The position numbers and the translations under genes were made by a program. Below the pieces are notes generated by a model, which saw only the letters and a program-made list of their open reading frames with translations, did not search any database and was not told where the DNA came from. This document shows, one piece after another, positions 57,761 to 64,000 of a stretch of DNA of 64,000 nucleotides; the first letter of the stretch is position 1, and each line of letters starts with the position of its first letter. Source of the stretch: Candidatus Dojkabacteria bacterium (GTDB lineage: Bacteria; Patescibacteriota; Dojkabacteria; J137); NCBI GenBank assembly GCA_040006935.1, contig JBDTVZ010000003.1, positions 66,224-130,223 on the forward strand. The letters run 5' to 3'.

Positions 57761-57838
57761 ATTCCTAAATCCCTTCTCAAGAAGGGACTTTCTTTAGTCT
57801 CAATACTCATGGTTTAAGTTCTCTTAATTCCTAATTAA

Positions 57839-58993
57839 TTAAACTTCTCTTCTTAAAGGCATTAGAAGATGCATAAACTTCTCATCACCCAAGTCTCTAA
57901 AAACGGAAGCAGATAGAGCACCCTTAGTCTCAAATTTGAGCTTATCTCCAGAGATGTGCGCAACAATATCTTGTAAATATCTCAAATTATATGCTGCATT
58001 TAAATCACTTTCCCCTTCTATGTTTTCCACTTGAATAATAGTTTCGTTTTCCCCAACATCTGCAACACTAGATTTTAATTTAACTTGTTTATTTTCCAAA
58101 TCTAAATCAAATAAAGTTTTATAAGCTAAATTGCTTCTCGCAAAAGTACTAATTACTTTTATTGCAGATTCAAACTCTTTTTTTTCCACATCAAATGTAT
58201 AGCTTGAAGAGTCTGGAAGAATTCTTTTATAGTCTGGATAAGGTCCTTCTAAAAGCCTCACGCTAAATTCAATTTCTTCAATTTTAAAAATTATTTGTGA
58301 TTTGTTCTCACTCAGGTAAACATCTACAGCCTCTACCTCGCTCATATCACTAACTATTTTCATCATTTCTTGAAGATATTTTGCGGGAACAATAATTTGT
58401 TGTGTTGTTAATTCTTTATTTAATTCCTTAACTTTAATTTCTCTTTTTGAAAGTCTAAAACCATCTAAACCTATTAAATTTATTGATTTAGAATCTTCAT
58501 CCGCTGAAACTTCAAATAAAACTCCTGTTTGTTGTATTTTTCCTGGACTCATATCTGTTGAGCAACTGAAAATAACTTTGTCTAAACTCTTTAAAAGTTC
58601 TTCCGAATCAATAGAAAAAAATTTAGTTTCAGTTACCTTTGGTAAAACAGGATACTCTGCGGCTGGAATTGTATTAAAGTTTGCTTTAGATTTACTCGTT
58701 TTAACATTCAAAACAGTATCCTTTAGCTCAAGCTCAACATTATCTGAAGTAGATGCTGATACAAAATCAGCAAGGAATTTTGCTGATACAGTAATGCTTC
58801 CCTCTGTTTCAACTACTCCAGGTATCCACACATTTATCCCCATGTCTAAGTTAGTTGCAGATAGTTTAAGGTCGTTTTTAGTAACGTCCAATTTAACATT
58901 GGAGAGAATTGGGATATTTGGTTTGGAACTCACTGCCCTACTTGCATAATTCAAAAGTTTGGAGAGTTTTTCATGATTTAAGGTTATCTTCAT
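57839..58993 (-). CDS. dnaN: DNA polymerase III beta sliding clamp
   Basis: Three-domain beta-clamp pattern; N-terminal MKITLNHEKLSKLLNYASRAV; length 384 aa. Confidence 0.85.
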   Translation of the reverse strand: MKITLNHEKLSKLLNYASRAVSSKPNIPILSNVKLDVTKNDLKLSATNLDMGINVWIPGVVETEGSITVSAKFLADFVSASTSDNVELELKDTVLNVKTSKSKANFNTIPAAEYPVLPKVTETKFFSIDSEELLKSLDKVIFSCSTDMSPGKIQQTGVLFEVSADEDSKSINLIGLDGFRLSKREIKVKELNKELTTQQIIVPAKYLQEMMKIVSDMSEVEAVDVYLSENKSQIIFKIEEIEFSVRLLEGPYPDYKRILPDSSSYTFDVEKKEFESAIKVISTFARSNLAYKTLFDLDLENKQVKLKSSVADVGENETIIQVENIEGESDLNAAYNLRYLQDIVAHISGDKLKFETKGALSASVFRDLGDEKFMHLLMPLRREV

Positions 58994-59267
58994 ACTTAAT
59001 ATTTAATAAGTAGTAATTAATAGCATTAGGGACTGTAGATATGTGTAAAACTTTGTAAATTCCATTTATTATAACAGCTTCCGGAGGGTTTTTGAACTGT
59101 GGATAATCCATGTGTATAGTTTCGGCTAGAAATAGGTCAAAATCAGTTAAGAGGTAAGAATTAAGAGTTAAAATTTTGTGTATTATCTCAAGGGGATAAA
59201 AGGATAAGTTAATAAAATTTCAGTAAGCAAACCCTTTTCATGTGTGGAGAAGTTTTAAAAAACTGAT
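58994..59267. promoter_or_regulatory. AT-rich region with DnaA boxes (perfect TGTGGATAA at 59098-59106; partial boxes at about 59245), a candidate oriC segment
   Basis: The 9-mer box is seen directly. The region is AT-rich and lies between dnaN and yidD. Confidence 0.45.
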
Positions 59268-59558
59268 CTATATATCTGTGTTTCTTTTTATAGAAAAGTG
59301 TTTAGGTACAGGGTCATAGCCGCCTTCTGCCATAGGATTGCATCTTAGTATTCTAAAAAATCCCATAATACTTCCTCTTATTAATCCAAAGCGATCAACT
59401 GCCTCGTAAGTATATTGCGAACAGGAAGGTTCGTGAATACAAACTCTGTAATCAATATACTTAGCCCAGAAAGAATGATCAAAAGAAAATAGTTTTTGAT
59501 AAATCCTAATTAAAAATTTACCTATGTTTTTTGGAATGTTAAAAATAAATCTAATCAT
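59268..59558 (-). CDS. yidD: Membrane protein insertion efficiency factor YidD
   Basis: [10 protein letters not shown]...[46 protein letters not shown]. Confidence 0.8.
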   Translation of the reverse strand: MIRFIFNIPKNIGKFLIRIYQKLFSFDHSFWAKYIDYRVCIHEPSCSQYTYEAVDRFGLIRGSIMGFFRILRCNPMAEGGYDPVPKHFSIKRNTDI

Positions 59559-60240
59559 TGTTTTCTGTTATAACAAATATTTTATCAACTGGAATGTCAC
59601 CTGCTCTGACTATAGGTTTAAAGGTAAATATTTTAAAAATTTTAAGACCTACTTTTTCTATTCTTTCTTTTAACTCCTCTTCAGTGAAATAGTTTGTATA
59701 AGTCTCTAATTTCTCTGAAACTTTCAAACGAGGATCTTGTGAAGTTAAATAAGGTTCTTCTTCAAATCCCTTAAACGTGCCTTTGTGACCAGACATTAAA
59801 AATAAACCATTTTTTACTAATATTCTTTTAATTTCTTTAAAAAGTTCATCGACTTCTTCATCCGGTATATGGATTATGGAAAAGCCTGCAATTATAGAAC
59901 CAACAGAATTAGCATCTAAAGTCTTCAAATACGTAAGCATCTCTTCCTTTACAATTTTTAAACTATTGTCTTTAAACCTTTCTTTCAATATTTCGCAAAA
60001 CTCAGGAACAAACTCAACTGCTGTAATATTTTTTAAATTATTATCATACAAATATTTAATATAATTACCAGGACCACTTCCTAAATCTAAAATTTCTCGA
60101 TTTTCCAAGTGCCTTCTTTTTAGTAATTCAATAAATAGATCAACCGCTTCGAAATTATCAAAGTCATTACCAAAATCTTCGAAGTAAAGGCCTGCAATTT
60201 TTGAGTAATCATCTTTTGTCTTCGCTCTTTTCTTATCCAT
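59551..60240 (-). CDS. Class I SAM-dependent methyltransferase
   Basis: Motif [16 protein letters not shown]. Confidence 0.55.
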   Translation of the reverse strand: MDKKRAKTKDDYSKIAGLYFEDFGNDFDNFEAVDLFIELLKRRHLENREILDLGSGPGNYIKYLYDNNLKNITAVEFVPEFCEILKERFKDNSLKIVKEEMLTYLKTLDANSVGSIIAGFSIIHIPDEEVDELFKEIKRILVKNGLFLMSGHKGTFKGFEEEPYLTSQDPRLKVSEKLETYTNYFTEEELKERIEKVGLKIFKIFTFKPIVRAGDIPVDKIFVITENND

Positions 60241-60408
60241 ATTTGAATTATAGCCTTTTTTATTATTTTACTGATAAATTTTTATTATAAGTTATCCACA
60301 TGGATAACTTTCTGATGTATAATTCTTAAGACTTCTGGAAAAACTTAGCTATCTTATATTATTAAAGATCAATAATTCTAAAATTGATCTTAATTTAAAT
60401 TTTTTTAA
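60241..60408. promoter_or_regulatory. dnaA upstream region with palindromic DnaA box pair gTTATCCACAtggataac (60291-60308), candidate oriC/dnaA promoter
   Basis: A perfect TTATCCACA is directly abutted by a near-perfect inverted copy. A gatcaataattctaaaattgatc inverted repeat follows. Confidence 0.5.
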
Positions 60409-61806
60409 ATGAAAATAACGGATCCCAAACAACTTTGGAAAGTATCTTTAGCGCAAATAGAAATTAAATTAGACGCCCCAGCTCAATTCAAAATGTTTTT
60501 CCAGGATACAAAGTTATTAAAAGTTGATGGAAAGCTTGCTGTTATTGGAGTTCCAAATCCATATACATCTGAATGGTTAAAATCGAGATACGAAAATCTT
60601 ATTAGGGATACTTTAACCTACGTTTACGGGGACACCTTAAACCCCATGTTTGAAGTTTATCAAAAGGAAATAGTAAACGATATTCAAAATGAAAACTCGT
60701 CGCCACTACTCACAATGCAAAACGGTGTTATGGGAAGTGTTATCGACTTAGTTTCGAAAGCTGGTTTAAATCCAAAATATTCTATGTCTAATTATATAAT
60801 TGGAAATTCAAATCGAATTGGCCATGCTGCTGCGCTTGCAGTTATTGATAAACCAGGAATGTCCTACAACCCTTTGTTTGTTTACGGAAAAACTGGCGTT
60901 GGGAAAACACATTTATCTCAAGCAATTGGGCGATCTATTTTGGAAAGAAATTTAAAATCGAAAATTCTTTACGTTTCCTCAGAAGGTTTTTTAAACGACA
61001 TGGTTAAAGGAATTAAAACAGGAAGCCAGGAAAAAATTCGACAAAAATATCGACAAATAGATATTTTAATAATCGATGACATGCAGTTAATTTCTAGGTG
61101 GGTAAGTACTCAAACAGAATTTTTTAATACCTTCAACGAACTTTATAATGCAGGGAAACAAGTAATTTTAATTGCAGATAGAAGACCAGAAGATATTCAA
61201 AATTTAGAATCAAGACTTCGTTCTCGAATGCAAGGTGGAATGGTTGTTGAGATAGCCCAGCCAGATTACGAAACAAGGCTTGCGATTTTACAAAGAAAAG
61301 CAGATTCTTCCGGCTTCACATTAAAACAACAAATTCTAGAATTTATTGCAAAAGCTGTTAATGATAATGTTCGAGAACTCGAAGGTGCTCTACAAAAAGT
61401 TGCCCTATTTAATCAAATGAAACCAGGAGGAGATTTAACTTTAGAAGAAGTTGCACACACTATTGGACGTGATGCAAAAACAAGAAGAGAACAAATCAAA
61501 GTCCCTAAAGTTTTAAAAGAAGTTTGTAGATCTTTTGGAGTTACAGCGAAAGATTTAAAAGGACCAAGTAGGACAAAAGAATTAGCTTTGGCAAGACAAG
61601 TAGCAATGTTTATACTAAGAGAAGAATTCAATTACAAATTAGAAGAGATTGCAAAATTTTTAAATAGGCAGGATCATACTACTGTGATTCATGCGATAGA
61701 TAAAATTAAAAGTAAGATGATGATTCAAGAAGGATTTAATACTCAAGTTTCTCATATAATTACTGCGATACAAGAGGCTGCTGCAGTAAGTGATGATTTT
61801 GAATAA
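60409..61806 (+). CDS. dnaA: Chromosomal replication initiator DnaA
   Basis: AAA+ Walker A GKTGVGKTHL, box VII, and the C-terminal DnaA-box-binding HTH (..RQVAMFILREEFNYKLEEIAKFLNRQDHTTVIHA). Confidence 0.93.
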   Translation: MKITDPKQLWKVSLAQIEIKLDAPAQFKMFFQDTKLLKVDGKLAVIGVPNPYTSEWLKSRYENLIRDTLTYVYGDTLNPMFEVYQKEIVNDIQNENSSPLLTMQNGVMGSVIDLVSKAGLNPKYSMSNYIIGNSNRIGHAAALAVIDKPGMSYNPLFVYGKTGVGKTHLSQAIGRSILERNLKSKILYVSSEGFLNDMVKGIKTGSQEKIRQKYRQIDILIIDDMQLISRWVSTQTEFFNTFNELYNAGKQVILIADRRPEDIQNLESRLRSRMQGGMVVEIAQPDYETRLAILQRKADSSGFTLKQQILEFIAKAVNDNVRELEGALQKVALFNQMKPGGDLTLEEVAHTIGRDAKTRREQIKVPKVLKEVCRSFGVTAKDLKGPSRTKELALARQVAMFILREEFNYKLEEIAKFLNRQDHTTVIHAIDKIKSKMMIQEGFNTQVSHIITAIQEAAAVSDDFE

Positions 61807-61814
61807 ACTAATTT

Positions 61815-62411
61815 ATGTCTAAAATTTACATTTCTCGTCACGGTGATTATTCCAATCCGAACAACATTAATCCTTTTCGTAGTGATGAGGTATCTCTTTC
61901 ACCAAAAGGAATTGAACAAATTGAGCAAAATGCAGAGTTTTTAAAAGACAAGAATATTGCAGCAATATTTTCCAGCCCAGTAAATCGTTGCAAACAAAGC
62001 GCAGAAATTTATTCAAAAATTTTAAAACTTCCAATAAAATTCACAACTGATTTAATTGAAGTGGGCAGTCCATATCAAGGTACAAATAATGATACTTATC
62101 ACGATGAACTTGCAGGAAGTTCTCTTTATGCAAATGAACAACACTTAGCAAACAAAGGAGAACCTGCTGACGAAATAATTGAAAGAATGAAAAACATAAT
62201 AAGAAAAGCTCTAGAAGAATATAAAAATAAAAATATACTTATTGTAAGCCATGGTGATCCAATTGAACTTCTTTTTGCATATGAGACAGGACTAAGTTTA
62301 AATTACGAAAAAAGATTAGAGGAGCAACTCAAATATATTCCAAAAGGTGGATTAATCGAAATGAATTATGAAGGGAATAAATTTATGAATTATAAGAATT
62401 TAAATTTCTAG
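61815..62411 (+). CDS. Histidine phosphatase (phosphoglycerate mutase-like) family protein
   Basis: RHG motif at the N-terminus (ISRHGDYSN) and a second His in VSHGDPIE. Confidence 0.55.
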   Translation: MSKIYISRHGDYSNPNNINPFRSDEVSLSPKGIEQIEQNAEFLKDKNIAAIFSSPVNRCKQSAEIYSKILKLPIKFTTDLIEVGSPYQGTNNDTYHDELAGSSLYANEQHLANKGEPADEIIERMKNIIRKALEEYKNKNILIVSHGDPIELLFAYETGLSLNYEKRLEEQLKYIPKGGLIEMNYEGNKFMNYKNLNF

Positions 62412-62540
62412 AACCGTAGATCTCAATACCTTACCACCTGTTTTACTCAAGTGTTATTTCAGCCTAGAAATGTTACTCAACCTCTTGACAACAATATCCT
62501 AAATTGTAATAATTCCAATATAGTTAATTACTAAATCAGG

Positions 62541-64000
62541 ATGTTATCAAAATTATTCACGGCAACTCTCACTGGACTAGATTGCACAATTGTAGAAGTC
62601 GAAGTAGATTACAAAAAAGGAGAGGCATACTTCTCTATTGTTGGCCTTGCAGATAAATCAATTCAAGAGGCAAAAGATCGAATTCCACCAGCAATTCGAA
62701 ACTCTGCTGCTTCATTTATTCCAATGAGAATTGTGATGAGTTTAGCACCAGCACAACTTTCTAAATCTGGACCAAGTTACGACCTACCACTAGCACTGGG
62801 GTATTTAATAGCCTCTGATCAAATTTCTATCGATCCAAAAGATAAATTATTTATTGGAGAACTTGCACTGGATGGAAGACTTCGCCCAGTTCGCGGGATT
62901 TTACCAATAACAGATGCCGCAAAAAAACTTGGATTTAAAGAAATTTATTTACCATCAGACAATGCCAGTGAGGCAAGCGTTGTAAAAGGAATTAACGTTT
63001 ATTCTGTAAATCATCTTCGACAATTAATTGATCATTTTAATGGACTGGAAATCCTAAAACCAGAAAAAGAAACTGAATTTATAATTGAAGATAATCAAGA
63101 ATACAAATTTGATTTATCTCAAGTTAAAGGACAAGAACATGCAAAAAGAGCTCTGGAAATTGCAGCTGCTGGTGGACACAACATTCTCCTGTCGGGAGTT
63201 CCAGGTTCGGGGAAAACAATGTTAAGTAGATGTTTACCTACAATTCTTCCGCGAATGGAAATAGAAGAAAGTTTAGAAGTAACTAGAATTCATAGTGTTG
63301 CAGGACTTACTTCAAAAAATAATCCAATTATAAAAATTCGACCATTTCGTTCACCGCACCATACAAGTTCACAAGTTGCATTAGTTGGTGGTGGAGCATT
63401 TCCAAAACCAGGCGAAATCTCACTAGCACATCGAGGGGTATTGTTTCTAGATGAGTTTCCAGAATTTTCAACTCAAGCACTAGAAGCATTACGACAACCA
63501 TTAGAAGATAAAGTTGTGACAATCTCCAGAGCACAAGGCACTCTAACTTTCCCTGCAAATTTCATACTCGCAGCGGCAATGAATCCTTGTAGATGTGGCT
63601 ATAGAGGAGACCCGGTTAAGCAATGTACATGTACTCCGCTGGAAATTATTCGATACCAAAAAAAAGTTTCTGGTCCAATTCTAGATCGAATTGATTTATT
63701 AATTCGAGTACCAAAGGTTGAAAATAATAAACTATTTAGTGAATTAAAAAGTGAAAGCTCACAAGTAGTTCGTGAAAGAGTTCAAAAGGCAAGGACTATG
63801 CAAGTAGAAAGATTTAAATCGACAGGATTATTTTGTAATTCTGATATGAATCAGAAAGATTTAGATAAATTTGTGGAACTGGATCCATCTTCAAGAAATA
63901 TTTTAAATCTTGCAGTAAATAAAATGAATTTAAGTGCACGCGCCTATTATCGACTTTTAAAAGTCTCTAGAACAATTGCGGATTTAAGAGGAAGGGAAAA
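62541..64000 (+). CDS. YifB/ComM-family Mg-chelatase-like AAA+ ATPase (3'-truncated by the window end)
   Basis: Found by direct reading from ATG 62541 with no stop before 64000. N-terminal Lon-like domain, Walker A LSGVPGSGKTM, Walker B VLFLDEFPEF, and a CRCGYRGDPVKQCTC zinc-ribbon insert typical of ComM. Confidence 0.75.
   Translation, partial: MLSKLFTATLTGLDCTIVEVEVDYKKGEAYFSIVGLADKSIQEAKDRIPPAIRNSAASFIPMRIVMSLAPAQLSKSGPSYDLPLALGYLIASDQISIDPKDKLFIGELALDGRLRPVRGILPITDAAKKLGFKEIYLPSDNASEASVVKGINVYSVNHLRQLIDHFNGLEILKPEKETEFIIEDNQEYKFDLSQVKGQEHAKRALEIAAAGGHNILLSGVPGSGKTMLSRCLPTILPRMEIEESLEVTRIHSVAGLTSKNNPIIKIRPFRSPHHTSSQVALVGGGAFPKPGEISLAHRGVLFLDEFPEFSTQALEALRQPLEDKVVTISRAQGTLTFPANFILAAAMNPCRCGYRGDPVKQCTCTPLEIIRYQKKVSGPILDRIDLLIRVPKVENNKLFSELKSESSQVVRERVQKARTMQVERFKSTGLFCNSDMNQKDLDKFVELDPSSRNILNLAVNKMNLSARAYYRLLKVSRTIADLRGRE

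Noticed and set aside
1-64000. CRISPR arrays, rRNA operons, transposase or integrase genes
   Set aside because: No regularly spaced direct repeats, no rRNA-like conserved stretches, and no ORF with a DDE or tyrosine-recombinase signature were found by reading.
1-64000. Alternative genetic code (UGA as Gly, code 25)
   Set aside because: Several well-supported genes (e.g. sortase at 2728-2730 and the transglutaminase-like gene at 20607-20609) terminate at TGA with sensible C-termini. I therefore treat TGA as a stop.

Overview
This window is an AT-rich (about one third GC) bacterial chromosomal segment with small compact genes. I assume genetic code 11 because TGA is used as a stop codon. Which strand most genes sit on flips near 59-60.4 kb, where dnaA and DnaA boxes mark the likely replication origin. 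Housekeeping content includes rpoD, the ftsQ-ftsA-ftsZ division cluster, rpsO, trmD, a UvrD/PcrA helicase, argS, a Mur ligase, adk, dnaJ, ftsK, tsaD, sodA, apbE, holA, dnaN, yidD and dnaA. There are three tRNAs: Pro-UGG, Arg-GCG and Ser-CGA. Interspersed are a Phd/YefM-PIN toxin-antitoxin pair, an ABC exporter, and a flavodoxin plus two-subunit 2-oxoacid:ferredoxin oxidoreductase operon. There is also envelope machinery (sortase, transglutaminase-like surface protein, O-antigen-ligase-like protein, GT28 glycosyltransferase, FemAB-like protein, amidase-SH3b, PilN/PilO-like pair) and a block of small accessory genes downstream of the tRNA-Arg/tRNA-Ser cluster. The most unusual feature is a family of short GC-rich palindromic elements sharing the core CTTGCCTGCC..GGCATGCTGGCATGG, with at least five copies in 64 kb. 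They stand out sharply from the AT-rich background. They lie in intergenic regions, sit inside decayed tRNA paralogs next to intact tRNA-Pro and tRNA-Ser genes (inserted in the D-loop and anticodon loop), and related GC-rich hairpins appear to be inserted in-frame within several CDSs (tsaD, a methyltransferase, tag, and the ftsQ N-terminus). No CRISPR arrays, rRNA genes or recognisable transposases or integrases were seen.
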